Below, piece after piece: positions 8,084-18,361 of a stretch of DNA of 64,000 nt; the stretch's first letter is position 1, and each line of letters begins with the position of its first letter. The notes under the pieces were generated by a model that was not told the DNA's origin, ran no database searches, and was given only the letters and a program-made list of their open reading frames with translations. Origin of the DNA: an uncultured bacterium (GTDB lineage: Bacteria > Zhuqueibacterota > QNDG01 > DTFT01). A program made the translations under genes and the position numbers. Where the stretch lies: positions 24,792 to 88,791 of the forward strand of contig CAVTNR010000011.1 of assembly GCA_963736115.1 (NCBI GenBank), read 5' to 3'.

Positions 8084-9525
8084 GCCGGATTCCCCCTTCG
8101 GCTGAGCAGTTCCCGGAACATGCGGATTTCTCCCGTTCCGAAAGTCCGGATCGCGAAAAGCATTGAAAGATAAGCCAGTCCGTACACGGGAAGAAGAACG
8201 GCCGGCGAATGATGACGGAAAGGAATGAGCACGGCTCCCAGGGTCACTGCCGAAATCAGGGCCTTGGTGAGGATTTTCACCGGATGGACGCCTGGTATCC
8301 GGGACGACAGTTCCCTGGCGGAGAGCATCGTGATCAGCGCCTGGGATCCGGCGCTGGCGGCGCAGAGGCCGATGCCGCCGGTTGCCGGGATCAGCAGGAG
8401 CGCGAGAACGACATTGAAAGCGGTGCCGAAAGCCTGAAACCGGACAAATACCGCTTCGCGGTCCATGGCCGAAAAAGCAACCATGAAAGCCTGATTGAGG
8501 AAGGCAAATACGAGCATCCAGAGCAGGATTTGGAGCATCGGAACCGAAGGGCTGAATGAGGATCCGTACAGGAGCCCGATGATCGGACCGGCGAGTACGG
8601 AGAAACTGACCGCGATCGGGATCACGAGGATGAACAGGTATTTCAGGGATTTCTCATAACTCAGGCGAAATGAGGAATCATCTCCCGATTCCCGGAACTT
8701 CGACATGGCGGGCAGTACGGCGCTGGTGAATGCCATGGGCAGGAAGGTCAGAACCCCGCAGATCCGGAGGGCCGCCGAGAAATACCCGGTTTCGGATTCT
8801 CCCTTGAAGAAGGTCAGCAGAATAGTTCCGATCTGGGTATTGACGGTCACGATGATCCCGAGCGCGGCAAAGGGCAGGGCGGAGCGGAACAGTCCTGCAT
8901 AGAAGGCGGTTTTTCCGGTGAAAACCGGCCGGGCGTAGCGGCTGACGAGAATCCGGATGCCGGCAACGAAAAAAACCGCATACAGCGCGAGGCGGACGGC
9001 CAGCATCGGCAGTAGACCGTGCCCCATCCAGATGACGGCCACGCCGGTGATCGAAACCGACAGATTGAGCCCGATCTTGTTGAAGACTTCATGCACGGCG
9101 TTTTGATGGGCCCGGTAAATCGCGTAGAAAACATCCAGGACAGAGGAGAAAACAAGAATGCCGGCGCAGATCAGGACAACGGCGCTCTTTTCCGCGCCGG
9201 TACCCATCAATAGCAGGGTGATCCAGACCGCGGCCAGAACCGCCGCGCCCAGAAGGGTTTCAAGCACGAGAAGTCCGCCGAGCACGGGCCCTGTTCGTTC
9301 CGGATGCCGGGCCAGGTCCCGTACAATCATGGTGCGGAACCCGAAACGCGTGATGAATCCGAAAAGTTCGGTGAAGGACAGAGCGAATGCCAGAAGACCG
9401 AGCTTTTCAGCTCCGAGCCTGCGCGCGATCAGAATGGTCAGAAGGGCTCCGAGAGCGCGCGTGACGACTTCCGCGGAAACGAGAAGGGTCGTGTTTCGGG
9501 CGATGACCATTCTATCGGAGGGCAT
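8080..9525 (-). CDS. wzx: oligosaccharide/polysaccharide flippase (Wzx, MOP superfamily)
   Basis: Polytopic membrane protein starting MPSDRMVIARNTTLLVSAEVVTRALGALLTILIARRLGAEKLG. Start chosen at internal ATG 9525. The 9642 extension is Arg/Ser/Pro-rich and overlaps the upstream gene. Confidence 0.7.
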   Translation of the reverse strand: MPSDRMVIARNTTLLVSAEVVTRALGALLTILIARRLGAEKLGLLAFALSFTELFGFITRFGFRTMIVRDLARHPERTGPVLGGLLVLETLLGAAVLAAVWITLLLMGTGAEKSAVVLICAGILVFSSVLDVFYAIYRAHQNAVHEVFNKIGLNLSVSITGVAVIWMGHGLLPMLAVRLALYAVFFVAGIRILVSRYARPVFTGKTAFYAGLFRSALPFAALGIIVTVNTQIGTILLTFFKGESETGYFSAALRICGVLTFLPMAFTSAVLPAMSKFRESGDDSSFRLSYEKSLKYLFILVIPIAVSFSVLAGPIIGLLYGSSFSPSVPMLQILLWMLVFAFLNQAFMVAFSAMDREAVFVRFQAFGTAFNVVLALLLIPATGGIGLCAASAGSQALITMLSARELSSRIPGVHPVKILTKALISAVTLGAVLIPFRHHSPAVLLPVYGLAYLSMLFAIRTFGTGEIRMFRELLSRRGNPA

Positions 9526-11014
9526 TATGGCCTCCTTCCCCGCCCTGGATTGCGGTCTGTGTTTCCGGCTGGCCGGACAGGGCGATGATCGCCGCGGCGA
9601 AGATCCAGAAAAGGAGAAAAGCCTCGGAATCGATGGTCGCATTGTTGACGGTATGATGGATCAGGAGCCCCGTAACCCCGCTGATGCACCCGATCATGAG
9701 CTGTTTGGGGCGGTCCGGACCGGACGCGGAAAGGGAAAAGAAGGTCCGGGCATACAATCCGAGAGTGAATGCGAGAAACGCGGCGAGCCCCGGAAGACCG
9801 ATCTCGGCCGCAAGTTGAAGGTAAACATTGTGAACTGGATGAAAGAATTCAAGGGTCAGACCGGTCGGGTCGAACGGGGCCATGGAGAGGGTGTAATTGT
9901 TAAGACCGACGCCCAGCCATGGGAATTTCCGGATCATGCCCAGTGCGATCTGCATCATCGGTATTCTCGATTGGGCGGATCCGTAATCTTCACCCGTGAA
10001 ACGCAGGAGAATGAAGTCGCGGAGCGCCCAGAGCACGATGGAAATGACGGCGAGCACGATCAACCCCCGGAACACAGCGCGACTCCGGTTCGCGGCGATG
10101 CGCCAGTGCAGGAGGGCGAAAACCAGAAGTCCTCCGGCGAAGCCGATCCATCCGCCGCGGCTGAACGTGAATACGAGCAGCATTGTGCCCGCGAGAACGG
10201 CCGCCAGCAGAAGAATTCGCGGAAGCGCCCGTTTCAACGAGGACCACCAGCCCATGAACAGAAGCAGCATCATGACGAGATAACTGGCAAAACGGTCCGA
10301 TCCGTCAAGCGTGCCGGATACGCTGATCATGGAGCGGTCACCGATGCGCCGGACGGTGTTTACCGTGGTGTTCGTCAGGATCCCGAGGGCCACGTCACGG
10401 TTGAGTGTGTACTGGACGGTTCCCACCGCAAGTTCGAATAGGTAGACGACCAGCAGGACCGTCAGAGCGTTTGACACGGCGCCACGGTCCCGGAAGGCAT
10501 CGGCAAGGACGAGAAAGAGCAGAAGCGCCTTGGTCAGTTCGAGAAGCTGGTACAGGCCGAGACGCGGACTGATGGCCTGGGTCAGCGAGAAAGCCGAAAA
10601 GACGAAAAGCAGAAGAAGCGAAACCCAGGCCCACATCGGCGGACCCGGCCTTCCGGACCGCATACCGAAGAAGGCCGGAGGACGGATCACCATAAAACCC
10701 AATAACCCGATGTTCCAGAGCGCCACAATGAGGCCCTTGGCGCCTCCGGAATGATCCGGATTCAGAAAAAATGTCTTGTCGATGTTGATGATCAACGATG
10801 CGATGAGAATCGACAGGGTGGCTGCGCCGCTTTTACGGAACGTCAAAGCCGCAAGACCGCCTCCCGCCGCCAGAAGGCCGCCCAGGATGAGGGCCGGGGG
10901 CATGGAGAGAAACCGCATGGCCGCCGCTCCCGCCAGAACGCCGGCCGCAAATCCGGGCAGCAGAATGCGGAGAAACCGGCCGCGGGATCCTTTGATGCGT
11001 GACTGGGCGCTCAC
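9512..11014 (-). CDS. O-antigen ligase / polymerase-like (Wzy_C) membrane protein
   Basis: Multi-TM protein with the FTFSRGGWIGFAGGLLVFALL motif typical of the O-antigen ligase/polymerase family. Proposed GTG start at 11014 overlaps the upstream TGA (GTGA). The ORF is open up to 11074. Confidence 0.65.
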   Translation of the reverse strand: MSAQSRIKGSRGRFLRILLPGFAAGVLAGAAAMRFLSMPPALILGGLLAAGGGLAALTFRKSGAATLSILIASLIINIDKTFFLNPDHSGGAKGLIVALWNIGLLGFMVIRPPAFFGMRSGRPGPPMWAWVSLLLLFVFSAFSLTQAISPRLGLYQLLELTKALLLFLVLADAFRDRGAVSNALTVLLVVYLFELAVGTVQYTLNRDVALGILTNTTVNTVRRIGDRSMISVSGTLDGSDRFASYLVMMLLLFMGWWSSLKRALPRILLLAAVLAGTMLLVFTFSRGGWIGFAGGLLVFALLHWRIAANRSRAVFRGLIVLAVISIVLWALRDFILLRFTGEDYGSAQSRIPMMQIALGMIRKFPWLGVGLNNYTLSMAPFDPTGLTLEFFHPVHNVYLQLAAEIGLPGLAAFLAFTLGLYARTFFSLSASGPDRPKQLMIGCISGVTGLLIHHTVNNATIDSEAFLLFWIFAAAIIALSGQPETQTAIQGGEGGHNALR

Positions 11015-12369
11015 GGTCCGGCCTCGCGCTGCCCTTCCGCCGCCAGCCCGGCGGACAGGCCGTAAAAGGCCCATGCCTGGGACCAGCGCATGTAGGGGAT
11101 CCGGATCCGGTAATGACGGTGCATCTGGTAGTAGAAAAAACCGGATGGATCCTGCATGTGCGTCACCAGCCAGCGGATCAGGGATCGTCTTCCGGCTCGG
11201 ATCGCATCATTCTGCGGTACGGCACAGAGAGCGGACACTGCGGCGAAGGCGTGGATATCCCTGGGAAAAGGCCGGTCATGCCAAAGGGAAGCGGATCCGT
11301 CTTCCCGGAAGAATGTCCGAAGGAAGTACGCGGTTCCCTTTTCCAGTACCGGGCCGAATACATTTTCGCCGGTACAGGACCGGTAACGGCACAAACTTTC
11401 GAGAATGAAAGCGGTGTGGTGCAGGTCGATCCATGTCTGAGTCGGGGCTTCGCCGTAGACCCATGATCCGTCAGGGCGCTGATGCTCCGCCACCCAGTTC
11501 ATCATCCTGCGTCCGGAACGCAGCCAGTCCCTGCGGTTCCGGACCGATCCGATCCGGACGAGAAAGGAAGCGCCGATGGCATTCGAGTTGAATATCCGCG
11601 ACCGGTCCAGGGGCGTGTATCCGAGGCAGAGCCGCGTGCCGTCATCAACAACCCGTGGCAGGTTTTTCAGAATGAAATGCGCCGAACCCTCGGCGATCGC
11701 GAGAGGCGCGGGATCTCCGGTCGCGGCATACGCGTCCAGGAGGGCGTGCCCCGCGAAGCCGGTGTTGACGATGGTCGGCGTATGGGCGGGATACAGCTGA
11801 TTCCGGTTCTGCCAGGGGAAATGATAGCCCCAGCAGGGGTGATGGTATCCGGGGGAACGATTCTCCTCGAGAAGGCGGACCAGCAGACGGATGCGCTCCT
11901 CCCGGTGGTCCGGGAAAAATGCGGCCGGACGGATTGCGTATCCGCTCAGGAACAGGGCCAGGCCTTTGGGATTCAGCCCGCCGGGAATTCCCAACACGGG
12001 CCGCAGGTTGAACGGCAGGCGGCGCATGATCTGGGTGAATATAATGCGCGTCAACGGTTTGTTGAAGAATGGATGTGATGCGACCGGAGACAGGAGGGCG
12101 TCATACGGATCAAACCCGCGGTACGATTCGCGCTCCACGTATGCGGACAGGAGCGAAAGGGATTTCAGAATGAGGGCACTGGAGCATCCGGTGTTCAGCG
12201 GCCCGGTTCCTCGACAGTCGGAATTGCCGTATTCGACAATGCGTTCGTCGACCGGCAGCATCCGTGCTCCTCGTTCCGGCCAATCCGATGAAACGGCGGG
12301 AACCGCGGGATCCCGCGTCACGGAACCGCGGACGGACCGCCCGCGCGGGAGTTCAACGCCCGGCAACAT
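11011..12369 (-). CDS. hypothetical protein, possibly an (alpha/alpha)-toroid fold (C5-epimerase / glycoside-hydrolase-like)
   Basis: Intact 452-aa ORF (alternative ATG at 12261). The segment HFPWQNRNQLYPAHTPTIVNTGFAGHALLDAYAATGDPAPLAIAEG resembles the W...G.A...L..AY..TGD pattern of alpha/alpha-barrel carbohydrate enzymes. The assignment is weak. Confidence 0.45.
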   Translation of the reverse strand: MLPGVELPRGRSVRGSVTRDPAVPAVSSDWPERGARMLPVDERIVEYGNSDCRGTGPLNTGCSSALILKSLSLLSAYVERESYRGFDPYDALLSPVASHPFFNKPLTRIIFTQIMRRLPFNLRPVLGIPGGLNPKGLALFLSGYAIRPAAFFPDHREERIRLLVRLLEENRSPGYHHPCWGYHFPWQNRNQLYPAHTPTIVNTGFAGHALLDAYAATGDPAPLAIAEGSAHFILKNLPRVVDDGTRLCLGYTPLDRSRIFNSNAIGASFLVRIGSVRNRRDWLRSGRRMMNWVAEHQRPDGSWVYGEAPTQTWIDLHHTAFILESLCRYRSCTGENVFGPVLEKGTAYFLRTFFREDGSASLWHDRPFPRDIHAFAAVSALCAVPQNDAIRAGRRSLIRWLVTHMQDPSGFFYYQMHRHYRIRIPYMRWSQAWAFYGLSAGLAAEGQREAGP

Positions 12370-13771
12370 GGAACTCCGGCGGTTTCAGTTGGATCCAGGG
12401 AAAGGATACGGACCGCCGGCCATTCTCATCCGGCGGATTCAATTGCAGGTCCCGGGTTGCTTTTCCCCGGACCAGAATCCGGACATGTTTACCGTCCGGA
12501 ACGTAGAACGTGAGGCCCTGCAGGTTCTCGCTGTCCGCTTCCATCTCGCCGAGAATCGGGTCCCGGATGCCGTGGATCCGGATGACCGTTCCCGTGGAAT
12601 CCTCATCAAAGGACCAGCGGATCGCGCGGCGGACCGTGACATAATTCAACAGTTTGGCGGTGGTCGTGACGAGAATGCGTCCTTCCTTCGAATGAACGGA
12701 TAAATTGCGCAGCGCTTCCGCGGTTTGAGGGTTCACCCAGGGCGACCCTTCTCCGTTTTTGCCGAGATGCGTGTAGACGATGCCCGTTCCGCGGACCTCC
12801 AGGAGGCGCCGCAGAACGGCTTCGGAAATGTTCGCGGCCAGTCCGCGGCTGTCCGCCCCGTATCCGATACCGTCCGGATTGACGTCGTAGCGCATGAATT
12901 CATAGACACGTCTGCCGTCTTCCAGCCGACGGATGCCGATCAGGCCATTGTCCCGGTGTAGAAAATACCGCGTGCTTGAAACTCCGAACCTCGATAATAC
13001 TCTCTTGAGAAACGACTTGGCGCCGTTCCGGAGGGACTTCAGACACCCCTTCCGGTCCGGCGGACAGAGATACGACCGCCAGGAGACCGGGGCATCCTGG
13101 CCGACAATCGAGGTGCTGCTTCCGAGACTGACGTACCGGATGGCGTACGGAACCGTCACGTCCGAGTGATAGGCCGGATCGCCGACCCGGTCGCCGCGGT
13201 TCGAGGCGAACCATTTCGATATATTGGACCGCGCATCGCTGTGGTTGATCCAGACCGGTACGCTGCAGCCGTTCTGCGCGAGCGCCCGAAGCGCGGAACC
13301 AGCCTGAACGCGTGTCGTGCATCCTTCTCCGTAGGAGTGCAGGCAATCGATAATTCCGGCATGGATGAAGTCGCGAATAATCCGCTTGTCTTGAGGCCGG
13401 TCCGAGAACCAGGCAAACTCGTTCCGTCCCGGGCGGTCGAACATGTAGAAGCTGTTTCCGATCTCCAGACGGACGCCGCGGCCGAAGGCGGTTTCGTGAT
13501 CCGTATTGAGGAATTCCTGTATGGAGAGGAATTCCTCCGGTGTCTCCGTGTTGTCGATGTCGCTGCAGATGCTGAGCGCGGCACGATACGGAAATGGATA
13601 TTGCCGCAGTGCCACGGGCGCCTGAGGCGGCGTATCATTGCGGTACAGCCGGCCGGTGCGGGAAAAATCCCATTGAACGGCCAGGATCAGGCAGGCCGGG
13701 ATCAGAGCCGTGACGGCGAAGGCCCTGAACAGAATCCGTCGCATCCGTCGGCCGGAATGGGAGCGCTTCAC
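12353..13771 (-). CDS. hypothetical N-terminally membrane-anchored protein
   Basis: Intact 472-aa ORF. The hydrophobic anchor FAVTALIPACLILAV is followed by a soluble domain (YPFPYRAALSICSDIDNT...CLHSYGEG...WINHSDARS). I recognise no family. GTG 13771 overlaps the upstream stop. Confidence 0.5.
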   Translation of the reverse strand: MKRSHSGRRMRRILFRAFAVTALIPACLILAVQWDFSRTGRLYRNDTPPQAPVALRQYPFPYRAALSICSDIDNTETPEEFLSIQEFLNTDHETAFGRGVRLEIGNSFYMFDRPGRNEFAWFSDRPQDKRIIRDFIHAGIIDCLHSYGEGCTTRVQAGSALRALAQNGCSVPVWINHSDARSNISKWFASNRGDRVGDPAYHSDVTVPYAIRYVSLGSSTSIVGQDAPVSWRSYLCPPDRKGCLKSLRNGAKSFLKRVLSRFGVSSTRYFLHRDNGLIGIRRLEDGRRVYEFMRYDVNPDGIGYGADSRGLAANISEAVLRRLLEVRGTGIVYTHLGKNGEGSPWVNPQTAEALRNLSVHSKEGRILVTTTAKLLNYVTVRRAIRWSFDEDSTGTVIRIHGIRDPILGEMEADSENLQGLTFYVPDGKHVRILVRGKATRDLQLNPPDENGRRSVSFPWIQLKPPEFHVAGR

Positions 13772-14913
13772 GGTTTGCCCATCGAAGCGAGACGGTAGCA
13801 GTTACCGAAAATTCTTTCCGCATTTTTCATGCTGTACAACCGGTTCACTTTCGAGCGGTTGTGCCTCCCCATCCGATTTCTGATGGATGGACGGGCGATG
13901 AGAACGGCCAGAGCCCGGACCAGGGCCTTCGGATCGCGGGGAGGAATCAGGAGACCGCCGGTTCCTTCTTCGATCATTTCCGGAACGGCTCCCACTCGGG
14001 TCGCCGCGACAGGGAGACCCGCGGACATGGCTTCGAGCACGGACATGGGAAATCCCTCCCCATGGCTGGGTAAAGTGAAAATGTCCGCGGCCGACATCCA
14101 TTCGCGAACAGCCGGCGGGGACAGATTTCCAGTGAACAGCATGCGATCTCCTCCGCGCATGGACTGTCGGATCCGCCGGAGTTCGCTTTCCGCTCCTCCC
14201 CCGCCGATGACGCAGAACCGGAGTTCCGGATGAGAGGGCAGCAGGATTTCGGCCGCGTGCATCAGTTCAAACACCCCCTTGGCCGGGTACAGGTGTGGAG
14301 CCGTAAACAAAATAACGCAGGCGCCTGATGGAATTCCGAGCCCGGACCGGATTTTCATCCGAGGAGGCGTCTCCTCCGTTTTCACGAGGTTCGGAACACG
14401 GTCGATGCCGTCTCTCCGGCTCAGTGAACGGAGCGGAAGTTCCTGCATCCTCGAAAGAACGCCGATCCGCGTCGGGAACGACAGGAGAATACGCGGCATC
14501 GACCCCGCGCCCGGGTGGCGACTCATGAACGATTCCAGATCTCCGCCGTGGATTTGCAGAAAAACCGTCTTGCCCGCGGCCCGTGAAAGAATCACGTATA
14601 TCGAATCCCGCCAGAAAGACCAGTCGCCGAAAGAGGTGTGCACATGAACCAGGTGCGGGGCCCTTCGAACGAGAAACAGGATGAAACGCGCCAGGTCCCA
14701 CAGAACCCGTACCGCCTTCAGTGCAACGGATTCCTCCCCGTAGGACGCGGATCCCCCTTTGCGTGAATAGGTATGGAAGGGAAGAAACGCGTGTCTTCGG
14801 CGAAGGCCGGACCGCATCAGATTGTCGATGCAGGCCGAGATTCCGCCAATGGCCGGAGGAAAGGCGCCGAGCATGGCGACGCGGAACCGCATGAGGCTTT
14901 TCTGCTCAGGCAT
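13768..14913 (-). CDS. glycosyltransferase family 4 (GT-B)
   Basis: LPSHGEGFPMSVLEAMSAGLPVAATRVGAVPEMIEEGTGGLLIPPRD is the canonical GT4 E-x7-E region. Confidence 0.8.
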   Translation of the reverse strand: MPEQKSLMRFRVAMLGAFPPAIGGISACIDNLMRSGLRRRHAFLPFHTYSRKGGSASYGEESVALKAVRVLWDLARFILFLVRRAPHLVHVHTSFGDWSFWRDSIYVILSRAAGKTVFLQIHGGDLESFMSRHPGAGSMPRILLSFPTRIGVLSRMQELPLRSLSRRDGIDRVPNLVKTEETPPRMKIRSGLGIPSGACVILFTAPHLYPAKGVFELMHAAEILLPSHPELRFCVIGGGGAESELRRIRQSMRGGDRMLFTGNLSPPAVREWMSAADIFTLPSHGEGFPMSVLEAMSAGLPVAATRVGAVPEMIEEGTGGLLIPPRDPKALVRALAVLIARPSIRNRMGRHNRSKVNRLYSMKNAERIFGNCYRLASMGKP

Positions 14914-15943
14914 GGCCGGAGACGGTCCGGATCAGCTCGTCGGCCAGAAGTTCGGCCAGGCCGGCATGTCCGTTGCCGGCGGACCATCGGCGCCGCTTCA
15001 CGATCCGGATGCGCCCGATTTCAGATTCGTTTTCGATGAAGTTCAGGCGACCGGTCCGGTTGAGATGACGGTCCACGGCCCCGCTTCTGCCCCTGAAAAT
15101 CGAGTAGACCGGAACACCCAGGGCCGCCGCCTCGCGGTTCATGGTGCCCCCCCCGCCGACGACCAGATCGGAATGCCAGATCCAGTTCAGGGCGTCCACC
15201 GCGCGGTCCGGGACGATGAGCCTGCCCGGCAGGCGGGAAACCCGTTGTCGCAGATTCAGACCGTCCTCGACCGATCGCGGAAGGAACAGCACCGTGACGC
15301 CGTGATGCTTCAGCAGAGCTTCCGCAACCCGGTAAAAAAGGGTTTCACTCTCGGGGCTCCGGTAATGGGCCGAGAAGGAGGGGGCGCGCAGCACCACAAT
15401 CACGGAGTTCCGCGGAATTTTCAGGCGGCCGAACGTGGCTGTGTCCGGAGTGAAGCCGTGGACATAGGCGTCTTCCTTCAACCCCGGATAGGCGAAGATT
15501 TTGGACTGAGGCACACCCCTCTCCAGCAGAACCCGTGTCGGTATCGCGGACGGAAAAAAGAGACGTTTCGCGAAACGGTTGGCGACGCTGAGGAATACAT
15601 GCTCGTAATCGGTCATGAAAACCGAAGGTATGCCGAGAAGGGAGGCGGCCACGACCTGGTATGTGGAACCCTGGCTGACCGCCAGGGACAGACGGTGTCC
15701 ATGGCATGAGCGGACCAGCTGGGCCGTCCGGATGAGGAATCCGGCCGCTTTTGCGGAAGAATGCTTTCCATAATCCCGTCCGATGACGAGAGGATTGAGC
15801 CCGTGAAGTCCGCATAGCTCCTTCACTTGAAACCGGTCCCGGATCGTGATGAAACACCGGTGTCCCCTGTTCTCGAGGGCCCGTATCTGGGGAGCGAAGA
15901 AAAGGACGTGCGGCGGATGGCAGAGATCAAACCAAAAAGTCAA
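14906..15943 (-). CDS. DUF354-family protein (GT-B / epimerase-like fold)
   Basis: The N-terminus (M)TFWFDLCHPPHVLFFAPQIRALENRGHRCFITIRDRFQ matches the characteristic DUF354 start. TTG start preceded by GGGAGG. Confidence 0.6.
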   Translation of the reverse strand: MTFWFDLCHPPHVLFFAPQIRALENRGHRCFITIRDRFQVKELCGLHGLNPLVIGRDYGKHSSAKAAGFLIRTAQLVRSCHGHRLSLAVSQGSTYQVVAASLLGIPSVFMTDYEHVFLSVANRFAKRLFFPSAIPTRVLLERGVPQSKIFAYPGLKEDAYVHGFTPDTATFGRLKIPRNSVIVVLRAPSFSAHYRSPESETLFYRVAEALLKHHGVTVLFLPRSVEDGLNLRQRVSRLPGRLIVPDRAVDALNWIWHSDLVVGGGGTMNREAAALGVPVYSIFRGRSGAVDRHLNRTGRLNFIENESEIGRIRIVKRRRWSAGNGHAGLAELLADELIRTVSGHA

Positions 15944-16042
15944 ACCCAGACCTCCCGGTTTGGCGTCACTCAGGCCCCGGCCGGAGAGACTCGAAAGCCG
16001 CCGGCTGAGGGGCGTTCTGAAATTGCGCCCGTGCGTGAAAAA

Positions 16043-18361
16043 TCAGGATGCGCCGTAATAATCCCGGTATGAACGGCGTTCGCCCCGGTCCGCGCCTGTG
16101 AGGACCGCCCCCGCGACTCGGGCGCCGACCCCCTGAAACCGGTCGACGGTTTCCTGGAGCTGTTTCAGACTGGACTTTCCCAGCCGGACGACCACCAGAA
16201 CGGCGTCTGTCAGTGGGGACAGAACCAGCGCATCCGTGACCGGCAGCAGCGGTGGACTGTCCAGGATCACGACGCCGTATTTTTTCTGGGTTTCGCGAAG
16301 AAACATTTTCATGGCGGATGAACCGAGTATTTCAGGGGCATTCTTCACGGCCGGTCCGGCCGCGAGAAAATCAAGGTTTTTCAGCGTGGTTTCGCGGACG
16401 AGGGATTCCCAGCCTGTTTTCAGGCTCAGGACGGAGGTCAGTCCTGTTTTCATCTCGGATCCCATAAAAAGCAGGTCTAGGGCCGGCTTCCGGAGATCCG
16501 CGTCCACCAGAAGCGTGGCAATCCCGTTTTCGGCGAAGGCGATTGCGAGATTCGCGGCTGTTGTGGTTTTTCCGTCCGACGGCTCCGGACTGGTTACAAT
16601 CAGGGTTTTCCAACGATTCTGGCGCATCGTGTAATAAAGTGAGGTCCGGACCGCCCGATACACTTCCCGAAGCTCCGGTTCGTCATTGCCGAAACCGACC
16701 AGAAAGGGGTAGATACGGCGCGCCCGCTGGGTCCGGGCCTCTCCTTCACCCCGGGAAACGGATTTACGCCCGGCCGGGCGCAGTTCCGGAACGGCGCCCA
16801 GAACCGGAACGCCCAGGGGAGCCAGATCCTCGGCCGATCCGACCGCACCGAACAGCGTCTGCTTGACAAACACGGTGCCGGCGGCAAGGAGAGTGCCCAT
16901 CAGAACCGCCAGAATGAGATTCAGCCGGACGTTCGGCCTGAACGGCGCGGAAGGCGGAACGGCACGGTCCAGAACCCGGATCAGACCGGATTGCCCGTTC
17001 TCTCCGATCCGCGCCTGCTCGTATTTTTCTTTGAGCATGGAGTAAATCTTGGTGTTGAGCTGAACGTCCCGTTCGAGCCGGGCCAGTTCGAGGCTGGTAT
17101 CCGGGAGCCGGTCCAGTTTCCCCGAGTAATCGTCGACGATGGATTTGAGGGCCGACATCCGGGCCGTCCAGGACGACTGCTGGGTCCGGATTTCAAGAAT
17201 GGAGCTGATGAGATTTTCGGAAAAGGCCAGGGGATCCGCGGGCGGAATTTCAGCCTTCAGCAGACGGCGGGTCTCCTCTTCGATCCGGTTCTTGAGTCCC
17301 CGGATCCGGTTCTCCATCTGGGTGATTCGGGTGTCGTCCGCAGGATTGTATCCGGCGCCCGCGAGCTGGGCTTCATAGGCCACCCGCTGGGCTTCGATTT
17401 CGGCGAGTTGTTTTTGAAGTTCAGCCAGAACCGGATTGGACTGCCGGGTCATGTTTTCCACGATGTGTTTCCGGCTTTCGTCCAGCTGTTCCTTGAGGAA
17501 GGCGAGCTGGTTCTGCGCGGCCTCGGACTCGGTCTTGGCCTGGTTGTACTGAGACTCGAAACTGGCAAGCTGCTGGACAAGCTGAGCGGTCTCGTCGGGA
17601 AGGGAAACCACATTGCTGCGTTTCTGATACCGCGCCAGTTTTTCCTCGGATTCGGCGAGAGCCGTCTCCATCTCCTGGAGCTTAATCTCAAGGAAATTTT
17701 TGACCTGGATGACCTCACCGCGGTTGTCCGAGCGATTGTAATCACGGTAGGCATCGACCCAGACGTTGACCAGAATCGCGGCTTCCCGGGCCGAATGGGC
17801 ACGGCCTTTCAGGTAGAGGATGTCCGAATCCCTGCCGTATGAGACGCGTGTGGATGCGTAGAATCGCTCGATCCAGTCCTCCGGACCGGCGGTTTTCCGG
17901 ACGGGTTCCGGTTGTGTTTTTCCGCCGGACAGCCGGACCCGCAGGCCGTTCATCCGGCCCGGACGCGCCGTTTGAAGAATGTCCAGGGAATCGGCGTTCT
18001 CCGAAGCAGCCAGACGGTTCACCACATCGGCGGTGAGGGTCCGGCTTTCGAGTATGGTGACCTGGTTCTTGATCCAGTATTGCTGCTGGGATTCAGCGGC
18101 GAGATTGAATATCTTCTCGTTCCAACCGGGCTGTTCCTGGATGGAGAGCGTGGCCGAAGCCTCGTATTCGCGGGGGGCGCGCATGGAAAGAAAGGCCACC
18201 GCCGCCACAAAACCAATCCATACCGCGGCAAACAACCCCGCGTTCCGCCGAAGCATACGGAGCCAGCGGAAGAGATCGGCCGTGGATTTCGGTGCGGATT
18301 TCTCCGGTTGCCGGCTTTTTTCGTTGAGAGTCGCGTTCAAGGCGCGGCGGCTCCCCGGCAT
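16043..18361 (-). CDS. polysaccharide co-polymerase / BY-tyrosine kinase (Wzc/GumC-like chain-length determinant)
   Basis: Wzz-like N-terminal TM and coiled-coil periplasmic region, a second TM, then a P-loop domain (IVTSPEPSDGKTTTAANLAIAFAENGIATLLVDADLRKP). The tail is Tyr-containing (RRSYRDYYGAS). Confidence 0.8.
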   Translation of the reverse strand: MPGSRRALNATLNEKSRQPEKSAPKSTADLFRWLRMLRRNAGLFAAVWIGFVAAVAFLSMRAPREYEASATLSIQEQPGWNEKIFNLAAESQQQYWIKNQVTILESRTLTADVVNRLAASENADSLDILQTARPGRMNGLRVRLSGGKTQPEPVRKTAGPEDWIERFYASTRVSYGRDSDILYLKGRAHSAREAAILVNVWVDAYRDYNRSDNRGEVIQVKNFLEIKLQEMETALAESEEKLARYQKRSNVVSLPDETAQLVQQLASFESQYNQAKTESEAAQNQLAFLKEQLDESRKHIVENMTRQSNPVLAELQKQLAEIEAQRVAYEAQLAGAGYNPADDTRITQMENRIRGLKNRIEEETRRLLKAEIPPADPLAFSENLISSILEIRTQQSSWTARMSALKSIVDDYSGKLDRLPDTSLELARLERDVQLNTKIYSMLKEKYEQARIGENGQSGLIRVLDRAVPPSAPFRPNVRLNLILAVLMGTLLAAGTVFVKQTLFGAVGSAEDLAPLGVPVLGAVPELRPAGRKSVSRGEGEARTQRARRIYPFLVGFGNDEPELREVYRAVRTSLYYTMRQNRWKTLIVTSPEPSDGKTTTAANLAIAFAENGIATLLVDADLRKPALDLLFMGSEMKTGLTSVLSLKTGWESLVRETTLKNLDFLAAGPAVKNAPEILGSSAMKMFLRETQKKYGVVILDSPPLLPVTDALVLSPLTDAVLVVVRLGKSSLKQLQETVDRFQGVGARVAGAVLTGADRGERRSYRDYYGAS

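Noticed and set aside
9158-10441. Long antisense ORFs opposite real genes: 427 aa here, also 27415-28761 (448 aa), 53423-54808 (461 aa), 42307-43461 (384 aa), 62879-63910 (343 aa), 6650-7729 (359 aa) and 44762-45589.
   Set aside because: They have the Arg/Gly/Pro/Ala-rich composition typical of the non-coding frames of GC-rich genes. Each lies fully inside a gene with strong family signatures on the other strand.
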